A stretch of 64,000 nt of DNA from positions 4,000,001-4,064,000 of the forward strand of contig OY970325.1 in assembly GCA_963717145.1 (NCBI GenBank). The letters are read 5' to 3'. The stretch is from an uncultured Armatimonadetes bacterium (GTDB lineage: Bacteria; Armatimonadota; UBA5829; DTJY01). Made by a program: the position numbers and the translations under genes. Shown here one piece after another: positions 51,315-60,621 of this stretch; within the stretch, counting starts at the first letter, position 1; every line of letters begins with the position of its first letter. The notes beneath the pieces were generated by a model. The model was not told where the DNA came from, did no database searches, and was given only the letters and a program-made list of their open reading frames with translations.

Positions 51315-52283
51315 CTACGCCCGACGCCTTCTCATGCCCAAGAGTCCTACTAGCCCACCAGCCAATGCAATGAGTGATGATGGCTCAGGGACTGCGGAGA
51401 CGCGGAAGCCATAGGACAGGCACTCAAGCGTCGGGTTGTTGTAATTGTACACCGATGCCTCGCGGGTGAGGGCACCGTAGACATCGGCGAACGAACCGCC
51501 ACCGACACCGCGAGCAACGTGACTCCCGCTGATTAATGGTATGGTATCGTTCCACTCCCATACGTTGCCCATCATATCTTTCGTGCCATTCTGCTCCAGA
51601 GCGCCATTGACGGTTCCGTCCCAGGTAGAACCAATGGCAGAACTGTAGTTGGAATCTGTTCCTGGAGCCGGCGCAGTGTTCGCGCCGTTAGCATATAGAG
51701 AGTACATGCCGTCACCCTTATAGTAGGCAGCCTTATACCACTCGTCCCTGCTCGTCACTGCCCAAGTCGCTGCGGCGCTGCGCTGGATCGTGCGGCCATC
51801 GGTGCCGTTGTAGCCGCCCAGAATGTATGTGCCGGTCTCGGTGTCACCGGTGCCCTGGCCGTTAGCAAGCCAGTTCGCAAAACGGCAGGAATCCCAGAAG
51901 CTTACGTAGTTGACCGGCCTGTTACCCCAGGCGGCCACATCTCCACTGGAGCCACTCCCGACCGAATACGAGTAGCTGCCAGAGACTCCGCTGCGCTGGA
52001 TGTTGCAGCCCAAGTAGCCGCTGCCTGTGGCGGCCATAAAGGAACTCCACATTCCATAAGGGTCGGACTGCGCCTTGTGGTTCAGGAAATCAGCATACTG
52101 TGCGGTGGTGACCTCATACTTGCCGATGTTGTAGGTGTAGCTCACCGAGCCGTAGCCGGCGTCGAACGAGTCAGCCGCATTTCCCGGATCCCCCACTGAG
52201 ACGGTGTCAATGACGACGGCCTGAGCAAGGCTACCCATGCACAGCAGCGCGATGGCTGCCGTTACTGCGAATGTCTTCTTCAT
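51315..52283 (-). CDS. FGE-sulfatase PEP-CTERM surface protein B
   Basis: Same motif set; the most divergent copy. Confidence 0.9.
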   Translation of the reverse strand: MKKTFAVTAAIALLCMGSLAQAVVIDTVSVGDPGNAADSFDAGYGSVSYTYNIGKYEVTTAQYADFLNHKAQSDPYGMWSSFMAATGSGYLGCNIQRSGVSGSYSYSVGSGSSGDVAAWGNRPVNYVSFWDSCRFANWLANGQGTGDTETGTYILGGYNGTDGRTIQRSAAATWAVTSRDEWYKAAYYKGDGMYSLYANGANTAPAPGTDSNYSSAIGSTWDGTVNGALEQNGTKDMMGNVWEWNDTIPLISGSHVARGVGGGSFADVYGALTREASVYNYNNPTLECLSYGFRVSAVPEPSSLIALAGGLVGLLGMRRRRA

Positions 52284-52333
52284 CTTCTTCTCCTCCATTG
52301 TGTTGCGTGTTGGACACGCCAAGTCCAAGAGGG

Positions 52334-53362
52334 CTATGCCCTGCGCCGCCTTATGCCGAGAAGCGATATCAAACCACCGGCCAATGCGATGAGCGACGAC
52401 GGCTCGGGGACAGGAGTAACTTGGGAGACACGGAACCCGAGAAAGCTGGTCTCGTAGGTCGGGCCGCCGCCGCTGCTGCGGTCCGATGCTATCATGTTGC
52501 TGTCGTAGAGGTTGAACGAACTGCCGCGCAAACCGCGCATGTTGGCATCGAGGCCATAGAACAACGTCTCATTCCACTCCCAGACGTTGCCGCCCTGATC
52601 GAATGTGCCGTAGGCGCTGGCTGAGTTCTCAAACTCGCCGACTTGGGTGGTATAGTAGGGCGCGCCGATGGTGTAGCTGTAGGGGTAGGCAAGGTAGTTC
52701 GCGTGGTTGCCGGGGTCGGTGTACCCGTCGGAACCCACGCTGCTCGGCGCGCTGTTGCTCCTGGTGGGAAACAGCCAGTAGCCTGCATTCGGTCCACCGC
52801 CCTTGTAGTAGGCAGCCTTATACCACTCATCCTCGTTCGTCACAGCCCACTTCGCCCCGGCGTTTCTCCGGATCGTGCGGCCGTCAGCCTCGTTGCAGCC
52901 TGTCAGCGTGTATGCGCCGGTCTCCGTGTCGCCACTGCCCTGGCCGTTACCCAGCCAGTTGACGAAACGGCAGGCGTCCCAGAAGCTCACGTGGGTGACG
53001 GGCCTGTTCGCCCGGTCGTTAGCCACAGTGTATACGTAGGGGTCGATCACTGTGCCGCCCCCGCTGCGCTGGATGCTGCCCGCGCCGGCGTACAGCCCAT
53101 GTGGCTCGTCGGCATACTTGGCTTTGTTGTTCAGGAAGTCGGCATACTGCTTGGCGGTTACTTCATACTTGCCGATGTTGTAGGTGTAGGACACCGAGCC
53201 GCATACTCTGGCGCCTGAGACCTGACCGGCGTTTCCCGGATCGCCGACAGTGACCGTTTCCAGGTTCGTGAACCCACTGCCCAGGTTGAACACGTTCGCC
53301 TGAGCGGCCAATCCCATGCTCAGCAGCACGATGGCTGCCGTTACTGCAAATACCTTTTTCAT
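52334..53362 (-). CDS. FGE-sulfatase PEP-CTERM surface protein C
   Basis: Same motif set. Confidence 0.9.
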   Translation of the reverse strand: MKKVFAVTAAIVLLSMGLAAQANVFNLGSGFTNLETVTVGDPGNAGQVSGARVCGSVSYTYNIGKYEVTAKQYADFLNNKAKYADEPHGLYAGAGSIQRSGGGTVIDPYVYTVANDRANRPVTHVSFWDACRFVNWLGNGQGSGDTETGAYTLTGCNEADGRTIRRNAGAKWAVTNEDEWYKAAYYKGGGPNAGYWLFPTRSNSAPSSVGSDGYTDPGNHANYLAYPYSYTIGAPYYTTQVGEFENSASAYGTFDQGGNVWEWNETLFYGLDANMRGLRGSSFNLYDSNMIASDRSSGGGPTYETSFLGFRVSQVTPVPEPSSLIALAGGLISLLGIRRRRA

Positions 53363-53428
53363 CTTCTTTCTCCTCTGGAGTTTTGTATGTTGGATACGTT
53401 GTGTCTACCGCCCGCTTTCGGCAGAGGG

Positions 53429-54387
53429 CTATGCCCTGCGCCGTCTCATGCCCATGAGTCCCACCAGTCCCCCAGCCAATCCGATGAGCGATGACGGCTC
53501 AGGAACTGCGGAGACACGGAACCGATATTCTCGACCTCGTATGTCGGCTCGAAGATGCGGCCGCGGATCGCTGCCCGAGGGCTGGGGTCGCCGGTGTTGA
53601 ACGCACCGCCGCGCAGGCCGCGATTGACACTGCTCACTATGGCCTCATTCCACTCCCAGACATTGCCGCCTTGGTCGAACGTGCCATATGGGCTGGGATG
53701 CGCGTAAGATCCGACGTCAGTTGTGTGCCCAACGGAACCGGCGTAGTTCACCATGCCGGCGTTGATAGAGTCGTTCTGAGTGGGATAGCGCCAGTATCCG
53801 GCGTTGGGTCCGCCGCCCTTGTAGTAGGCCGCCTTGTACCACTCGTCCTCGCTGGTCACCGCCCATGTCGCCCCGGCATTGCGGGTAATCGTGTTGTTCG
53901 TGATGCCGTCGGCGGTCAGAGTGTATGCGCCCGTTTCGGTGGAGCCGTTGCCCTGGCCGTTGGCAAGCCAGTTGGCGAACCGGCAGGAGTCCCAGAAGCT
54001 CACAAAGTTGACCGGGCGGTTGGCATAACCACCTGCCACGCTGTAGGAGTAGCTGCCGGGAGTGCCGTCCTGCTGGATCTTGCAGCCGGTGGAACTGCTC
54101 CACATGTCGCTGCTGTACAACCCGTGGGGGTCTGACACACTTGCCTTGGCGTTGAGGAACGCGGTGTACTGTCCGGCGGTTACTTCATACTTGCCGATGT
54201 TGTAGTTGTAGCCTACGGAGCCGCATATCCGATCCACGCCGGCGCCGCCCTGCACACTCGCGCCTGCAAGCTCACCGTTATTGCCCACGTCACCAACGGG
54301 AACGGTCTCGATAGTGATGTTCGCCTGAGCGGCTAATCCCATGCTCAGCAGCACGATGGCTGCCGTTACTGCGAATAGCTTTTTCAT
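53429..54387 (-). CDS. FGE-sulfatase PEP-CTERM surface protein D (frameshift ~53520)
   Basis: Adding one base restores GFRVSAVPEPSSLIGLAGGLVGLMGMRRRRA* ending at 53429. Confidence 0.85.
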
Positions 54388-54454
54388 CTTCTTTCTCCTT
54401 TGGTGTATTGTGTGTTGGTCGCGCGGAGTCTATTGCCCCGCTTTCGGCAGAGGG

Positions 54455-55493
54455 CTATGCCGTGCGCCGTCTCATCCCCAGAAGCGATATCAAACCACCG
54501 GCCAATGCGATGAGCGATGACGGCTCGGGGACAGCGGAGACGCGGAATCCGAAAGTGTACTCCTCGAACGACGGGTAGTTGTAGCCGCGATACAATGCCT
54601 GGAGGGTGCTGCTGTAGCTGCCGCCGAACGAACCGCCGCGCAGGCCGCGACAAACGTAATCCGAGGCTTCGTCTACAATCGCCTCGTTCCACTCAAACAC
54701 GTTCCCGCCCTGGTCGAATGTGCCGTAGGCGCTCGCCGAGTTCTCAAACTCACCCACATTGGTTCGGTAATACGGACTGCCGATGCTAAAGTCGTTGAGG
54801 GACGGGCAGTAGTTGGCGCTGTTGCCAGGGTCTGTGGCCAGCACCTGATTTGCCGGCGCGGTGTCGCTCTGGGTCTCATACAGCCAGTACCCGGCGCTGG
54901 TACTGCCGCCCTTATAGTGTGCAGCCTTATACCACTCGTCCTCGCTTGTCACAGCCCACTTCCAATCCGCGTTGCGGTGGATGGTGCGGCCATCAGGGCC
55001 ATTGTAGCCGTCCAGAGTGTATGCGCCCGTCTCGGTGGAGCCGGCCGCCTTGGCCGTTACCCAGCCAGTTGGCAAATCGGCAGGAGTCCCAAAAGCTAAC
55101 GTAGTTCACGGGCCTGTTCGCCCAGTCGGACGCCACAGTGTAGCTGTAAGGATCGGCCTCTGTGCCGCCTCCGCTGCGCTTGATATTGCAGCCGTACATA
55201 TGGTTGGCCGTGTCCATATTCGTGTTGTATAGCCCGTGGTCGTCCGTCTTTGCCTTGGCGTTGAGGAACGCGGTGTACTGTCCGGCTGTCACCTCATACT
55301 TGCCGATATTGTAGTTGTAGCTCACAAAGCCGCATATCCGATCAGAGCCGAAGCCACCCGCGCCCGCGCCCGAAAGCTCGCCGGCGTTTCCCGCGTTACC
55401 AACGGGAACGGTCTCTATCGTGATCGCCGCCTGAGCGGCTAGTCCCATGCTCAGCAGCACGATGGCTGCGGTTACTGCGAATGTCTTCTTCAT
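54455..55493 (-). CDS. FGE-sulfatase PEP-CTERM surface protein E (frameshift ~55046)
   Basis: ORFs 54993-55493 and 54455-55075 join into one full-length paralogue. Confidence 0.85.
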
Positions 55494-55574
55494 CTTCTTT
55501 CTCCTTTGTCTTGTAGTGGGCGGCTGCTCTAAGGCAGCCTGCCATGATCTCTCAACTGAAAGCTGATAGCCAGT

Positions 55575-56588
55575 CTACCTCCGCCTCCTCCACATGAGAC
55601 CGCCCAGCCCGCCGATGCCGCTGAGCAGTACCAGGAGAGAGGAAGGCTCAGGAACCGCGGAGACGCGGAACCCGACCTGGTCATACTCGGTCGCCGGCAT
55701 GCCGCCCAATCGCATCCCTGCCGGGAGGTAGACGCTGCTGTGGTCGTACGCACCACCACGTATGCCGCGATCGGCGTAATCCGCATACTGCGCCGTAACA
55801 GCCTCGTTCCACTCAAACACGTTGCCGCATTGGTCAAACGTGCCGTAGGCGCTCGCAGAGTTCTCGAACTCGCCTGCGTTCGTGCGATAATATGGGCTGC
55901 CTATGCCAAACGTGCCGTAGTCGTTCATGACGTAGGCGTAGTTGGCGCTGTTGCCGGGGTCTGTGCCGAGCACCTGGTTGGCCGGAGCAATGTCGCTCTG
56001 GGTGGCATAGTTCCAGTAACCGGCGTTGGTACCCCCCTTGTAGTAAGCAGCCTTATACCACTCGTCCTCGCTTGTCAGTGCCCACTTCGCCCCAGCGTTG
56101 CGCTGGATCGCGCCACCACCACCGCCGATGTAGCCATTCAGCGTGTATGCGCCGTTCTCAGTGTCGCCGTCGCCCTGCCCGTTACCCAGCCAGTTGACGA
56201 AACGCAGGCAGTCCCAATAGCTCACTAGGTTCACAGGTCTGTTCGCCCAGTCGGATGCCACGCTGTAGCTGTAGTTGCCTGAGAGGCCGGTGCGCTTGAT
56301 ATTGCAGCCCCATGTCCAGGCGTCCGTGTCCATGCCGAGGTTGTACAGCCCGTGGTCGTCCGTCTTTGCCTTGGCGTTGAGGAACGCGGTGTACTGACCG
56401 GCGGTCACTTCGTACTTGCCGATGTTGTAGTTGTAGCCCACCGAACCGTAGCCCGGCGTCGAGTACCGCGTGTCGGGCGCGTTTCCCGGATCGCCGACGG
56501 GAACGGTCTCGATCGTGATGGCCGCCTGGGCGGCTAATCCCATACCCAGCAGCGCAAGCACTGCTGCTACTGCGAATACCTTTTTCAT
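55575..56588 (-). CDS. FGE-sulfatase PEP-CTERM surface protein F
   Basis: Same motif set; long near-identical blocks with copy A. Confidence 0.9.
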   Translation of the reverse strand: MKKVFAVAAVLALLGMGLAAQAAITIETVPVGDPGNAPDTRYSTPGYGSVGYNYNIGKYEVTAGQYTAFLNAKAKTDDHGLYNLGMDTDAWTWGCNIKRTGLSGNYSYSVASDWANRPVNLVSYWDCLRFVNWLGNGQGDGDTENGAYTLNGYIGGGGGAIQRNAGAKWALTSEDEWYKAAYYKGGTNAGYWNYATQSDIAPANQVLGTDPGNSANYAYVMNDYGTFGIGSPYYRTNAGEFENSASAYGTFDQCGNVFEWNEAVTAQYADYADRGIRGGAYDHSSVYLPAGMRLGGMPATEYDQVGFRVSAVPEPSSLLVLLSGIGGLGGLMWRRRR

Positions 56589-56683
56589 CTTCTTTCCTCC
56601 ATTGTTTGTAGTGGGCGGCTGCTCTGAGGCAGCCTGCCATTAGCGCTCAACTGAAAACTGATCACTGGGGACCGACAGTTAGC

Positions 56684-56971
56684 CTACCTCCACCTCCTCC
56701 ACATCAGACCACCGATGCCACCGAGCAGCACCGGGAGGGAGGGTTCTTCGGGAACAACTTGGGAGACGGGGAACCCGACATAGCCGCTGCTCTCGGACGT
56801 CGGGGAGTAATCGATAGCGCGGTTCGAGGCTTGGAGGTCGTTGTGGATGATGTGGAACGAACCACCACGAACGCCGCCCACGGGGATGGTTTCGATGGTG
56901 GTGTTTGCCTGAGCGAGGCTGCCTAGGCGCAGCAGAGCAAACGCCGCGGTTGCGGCGAATACCTGTTTCAT
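56684..56971 (-). pseudogene. Internally deleted mini-copy G (signal peptide + variable loop + degenerate PEP-CTERM); frame still open
   Basis: TIETIPVG is fused directly to GVRGGSF...VGFPVSQVVPEEPS; about 240 codons are missing relative to copies A-F. Confidence 0.7.
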
Positions 56972-57042
56972 CTCTTTCTCCTCCATTGCGCTGCAACGGG
57001 CGGCTGCTCTACGGCAGCCTGCCCTTAGTCACAGTTTGTACC

Positions 57043-57071
57043 ATTTTGCACAGCCCTGCCCGGTTCGTCAA
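57043..57071 (-). promoter_or_regulatory. Possible promoter for the PEP-CTERM array
   Basis: TTGACG-N17-CAAAAT on the minus strand, upstream of copy G. Confidence 0.35.
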
Positions 57072-57197
57072 GCACTAGTATGCACATTATACGGGAACTG
57101 AGCGTGACTGCGCTCAAAAACTGGTACTATTACCTGGTTGGCATCCGGAGGGGAGATGGCCGATGGGGGACTGGTCTTGATCAGCCATCCTGAGTGC

Positions 57198-57356
57198 TGT
57201 CATTCTGAGCAACGAACCGCGCAGAACGCGGTTATTTCCAGCAGAAAACGCCGATCCCCCGACGACGGGAGTCGTCAGGGGATCGGCGTTTTCTTAGGAG
57301 CGGAGCGAGGAATCTGTTTCCGCAGGGCCAGATTCTTCGCTCCGCTCAGAATGACA
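57198..57356. repeat. TGTCATTCTGAGC-type element with a nested GATCCCC..GACGAC palindrome
   Basis: Outer TGTCATTCTGAGC/GCTCAGAATGACA; inner AGAAAACGCCGATCCCC...GGGGATCGGCGTTTTCT. Confidence 0.85.
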
Positions 57357-57366
57357 ATCGGGGTCG

Positions 57367-59274
57367 TCAGTTCTTCTGATCGGCCGCCAGACGGTCGCGG
57401 TAGAACTTGACTCGGGCCTCCGCGTCTGATGCGCCCCAGACCTCACGGAAGAAGGTGATCTTCTCCCTCGCGACGGTCTCCGCGAACTCCTCTACGAGCC
57501 GGTCGTAGTCGACGCCCGCGCGCCTGGTTCCCGGCTGAAGCGTCCCCTGATCGGTCGTGAACCCGAGGCCCTGGGACAGCTCCGTGTAGATGATCGGGAG
57601 CTTCGCCAGCTTCACCCTGCGAGCGATCTCGGGGTCATCGGCGAGCTTCTCGGCCTCGGCGAAGAGCTTGAACGACTGGGCCAGGAAGTCCTTCGAGAGG
57701 AACGCGATGTCCGGCCGGTAACGAATATGATCCATCAACGGGTTCTCGGCGGCGTTGGTGTGCGGCTTCTTGTGGTATGCCGTCCACATATCCCACAGCA
57801 GGTCGTTGTACTGCCATATCGGCTCGGCGGCGGACCCGTAGTAGCCGTAGATGAAGTCGCGCATCAACTCGCGGGTGTCGAGCGAGGGGTCCCAGAGCTG
57901 CTTCCCCCAGACCCAGCACCGAAGCGAGACGTTGTCCGACCCCGGGCTCTGGTACGCGCCCTGGAGCATGATCCCCCGCGCGTTGTGCTCGATGTACCAC
58001 CGGATGTCCGGCGTCACGACCTGCATGTTCGGCATCGGGAGCGAGTAGTGGCTGAAGTTCGACGTGTAGTCCCAGATGTGCATCGTCGCGCCGATCGCCG
58101 CCCACGCCTTCATCGCGGTCTGGAAGCTCGACGTCTCGGTGACGAGGAGGAACGGCGTCCCCCAGGCGTGGCTGTCGGTGCATAGCTGGATGGCGACGTT
58201 GTCCCTCGGTTTGATGGTCTTCGGCGGCATGAACGTGCCGAGGTAGGCAAGCGTCGATATCTTCACATTCGGGAAATCCGCGCGGATCGCGTCGGCGACC
58301 GAGTTGACGAACTTGATGAGCGTCCCCGACTTCGACCCCTCGGCGTCGTCGATCGCCTTGCAGTTGACGCACTCACAGTAACCCTGCGCGTCGTTCGGCG
58401 ACACGCTGATGATCTCGCTGTGAGGCTTCTCCTTCAGAATCTCCTTCACGCGCGCGATGACGATCGTCAACACGTCGGCATTGGTGAGACAAAGCTGGAC
58501 CGGATTGCGCGCGCCGTTCAGCTCCGAGTAGTATTCGGGATGCTCCTTGAAGTACTTCGCCTGCGGGACGAGCGTCTCGTAGGTGTGAACGAACAGGGCG
58601 TAGTCGATGTTCCCACCGAACTCCTCCGGAATGGCCGCCGACGGGGAGTTCGTCCGGTTTCTGAGCGACCACGTGCCGTCGAATGCGTCCCAGTAGAAGG
58701 GATCGCGGATCTCGAGGACGGGCATGAACCGCCTCGGCACGGGCTTGAACTTGAGGTCGCGCACATGTGGGACGGTGTGCGAAGTCCGATCGTACCAGCG
58801 GCAGCCCAAATCCTCCTCCAGGAGCGCGTAGACCGCATTGATCGGGCCGCGCGTCTTCCCGCCGAGCAGGTAGAGGGTCTTGCCCTTGACCGCAATCGCG
58901 TAGCCCTCGTTGCCCAGGTCCGCATCCGCATCGGGGAGGTTCGCCTTGCTCAGAAGGTCGGTTCGGCCGATGCTGATCTCTCTGCCGGTGGGCCGATACG
59001 CGTCGCCCTCGATGACGATCTCGAAATCGGCGCCGGTCATATACTTGAGCCAGAGCGCGAGGTCCTCAGCGGCCTTCTCGTCCTGCGAGGTCGGGCTCGC
59101 GGGGAGCAGGATCATGTAGTCGGTCTGACCACGGGATGCGAGCGTCAACTCGGGCCCGGGCTTACCGTCAGGCCTGAGTGAGTTCTGCCAGTTCGGATGA
59201 GGATCGGCGCCGAGGCAAATGCTCGCCGCCATCAGCATCAGGATTGTCAGCCGGATGAAGTCCATGCAGTTCAT
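57367..59274 (-). CDS. Secreted DUF4838-domain protein with a GH20/GH67-type N-terminal domain
   Basis: Signal peptide; AAEDL..WL..MTG, GNEGY.I, AVYALLE..LGCRW, HPEYY, QLCLTN, CECVNC, TLAY, IWDY. Confidence 0.8.
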   Translation of the reverse strand: MNCMDFIRLTILMLMAASICLGADPHPNWQNSLRPDGKPGPELTLASRGQTDYMILLPASPTSQDEKAAEDLALWLKYMTGADFEIVIEGDAYRPTGREISIGRTDLLSKANLPDADADLGNEGYAIAVKGKTLYLLGGKTRGPINAVYALLEEDLGCRWYDRTSHTVPHVRDLKFKPVPRRFMPVLEIRDPFYWDAFDGTWSLRNRTNSPSAAIPEEFGGNIDYALFVHTYETLVPQAKYFKEHPEYYSELNGARNPVQLCLTNADVLTIVIARVKEILKEKPHSEIISVSPNDAQGYCECVNCKAIDDAEGSKSGTLIKFVNSVADAIRADFPNVKISTLAYLGTFMPPKTIKPRDNVAIQLCTDSHAWGTPFLLVTETSSFQTAMKAWAAIGATMHIWDYTSNFSHYSLPMPNMQVVTPDIRWYIEHNARGIMLQGAYQSPGSDNVSLRCWVWGKQLWDPSLDTRELMRDFIYGYYGSAAEPIWQYNDLLWDMWTAYHKKPHTNAAENPLMDHIRYRPDIAFLSKDFLAQSFKLFAEAEKLADDPEIARRVKLAKLPIIYTELSQGLGFTTDQGTLQPGTRRAGVDYDRLVEEFAETVAREKITFFREVWGASDAEARVKFYRDRLAADQKN

Positions 59275-59351
59275 GTGCCACCTCCCCTGGCGTGTATTGG
59301 GCATACCAGGCTGCGACGATGTTACCATCTTTGCCTGGGAGGGTCAAATGT

Positions 59352-59510
59352 CAGGGCGAACGCATCAAAACACAACGATGCTTCGGTAGCAGAGGCCCGG
59401 CGGCGCTGCCGAAGCATGTCACGACACCGTGGTGCTTCGGCAGCGCCGCCGGGCCTCTGCTACCGAAGCATCGTACTCCCGAGTCGAGACGATTAGATGC
59501 GTTCGCCCTG
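59352..59510. repeat. Nested REP-like element
   Basis: Outer CAGGGCGAACGCATC/GATGCGTTCGCCCTG; inner 42-bp perfect arms at 59375-59416 and 59433-59474. Confidence 0.85.
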
Positions 59511-59595
59511 GGTCAAATGCTTTTCGGTGTTGAATCCGGACCGTGGAGTATGGGACAATGTCTTCGCAACCCGGCCCTCAGGTGCGGATAGGAAC

Positions 59596-60621
59596 ATGAA
59601 CGATTTCCGAACTACTCTCAACGACCCGGAACTGATCGCCGCGCGCGATGCGCACTTCGCGCGGCTCCGGTCGGTATTCGCCGGTGAATGCCTCCCCAGG
59701 GCGTTCGTCCTCCACGGCTGTGCGGGCGTCGGGGAGGCGGACCCATACCGCGAACCCGAGACGTGGATTCGTCAGGCCGCCGAATCACTCGCCGGGAAGG
59801 CCGACGCCCTCCGCGACGCCGATGTCTTCCGCCCACTCGTGATTGGCTTCGGTCCGTTCGGAGTGCATTTCGTGGACCGGATGTTCGGGGCGCATGTCTA
59901 TGAGCTGCAGAAGAACAACTGGCAGGTGAAGCCGCTCGATCAGCCGATCGGTAACCTTGCGACTCCCGATATGGATACGGATGACACCTGGGCGCTCGCG
60001 AAGTGTGCGGCGGAGGCATTTGTGGACCTCGGGGTGTCGGTCCCGCTGTTCGGGCTGCCGACGATCGCCAGTGCGCTGAACGTCGCCCTCAACCTCTACG
60101 GCCAGGAGATACTGCTGGCGATGCACGAGTGCCCGGAAGCGGCCAGGCGCGACCTGACCACGATCAACGACCTCCTCTGCTTCATGCACAAGTGGTACCT
60201 CGAGCATATGCCGATCGAGCAGCTTCAGCCCGTTGTGGCGGGATTTCGGACTCAGCCGCCGGGGCACGGGCAGTTGTGCGGCTGCTCGACCCAGCTTCTC
60301 CCGCCGGGACTCTATCGGGATTTCGTTGCCGAACTGGACGATGCCCTGCTGAGCACGTATCCCCACGGCGGGATGATCCACCTCTGCGGGACGCACACCC
60401 AGCACATCCCCGCGTGGAAGGAGATGCGCTCCCTGAAATGCCTGCAGCTCAACGACCGGGCGGCGGAGGACCTGGCCATCTACTTCCACGGCCTTCGCGA
60501 CGACCAAGTGTTCTATGTGAATCCGTGTCCGGGCATGACGGTCGAGCGGATCATGGAGATCACCGGCGGCCGGCGCGTCGTCATCGTCGCGGATATCATG
60601 CCTCCTCCGACGTCAGGTTAG
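59596..60621 (+). CDS. Divergent URO-D-like TIM-barrel protein
   Basis: LLPPGLYRDFV...GGMIHLCG motif; start inferred at MNDFR. Confidence 0.6.
   Translation: MNDFRTTLNDPELIAARDAHFARLRSVFAGECLPRAFVLHGCAGVGEADPYREPETWIRQAAESLAGKADALRDADVFRPLVIGFGPFGVHFVDRMFGAHVYELQKNNWQVKPLDQPIGNLATPDMDTDDTWALAKCAAEAFVDLGVSVPLFGLPTIASALNVALNLYGQEILLAMHECPEAARRDLTTINDLLCFMHKWYLEHMPIEQLQPVVAGFRTQPPGHGQLCGCSTQLLPPGLYRDFVAELDDALLSTYPHGGMIHLCGTHTQHIPAWKEMRSLKCLQLNDRAAEDLAIYFHGLRDDQVFYVNPCPGMTVERIMEITGGRRVVIVADIMPPPTSG

Noticed and set aside
50251-56588. True formylglycine-generating enzymes maturing the nearby sulfatase
   Set aside because: The catalytic Cys pair after RGGS is absent, and all copies have signal peptides and PEP-CTERM anchors.
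50251-57360. A complete DGR cassette in this window
   Set aside because: No reverse transcriptase or Avd-like ORF and no AAC-rich template repeat was found on either strand; only target-like genes are present.
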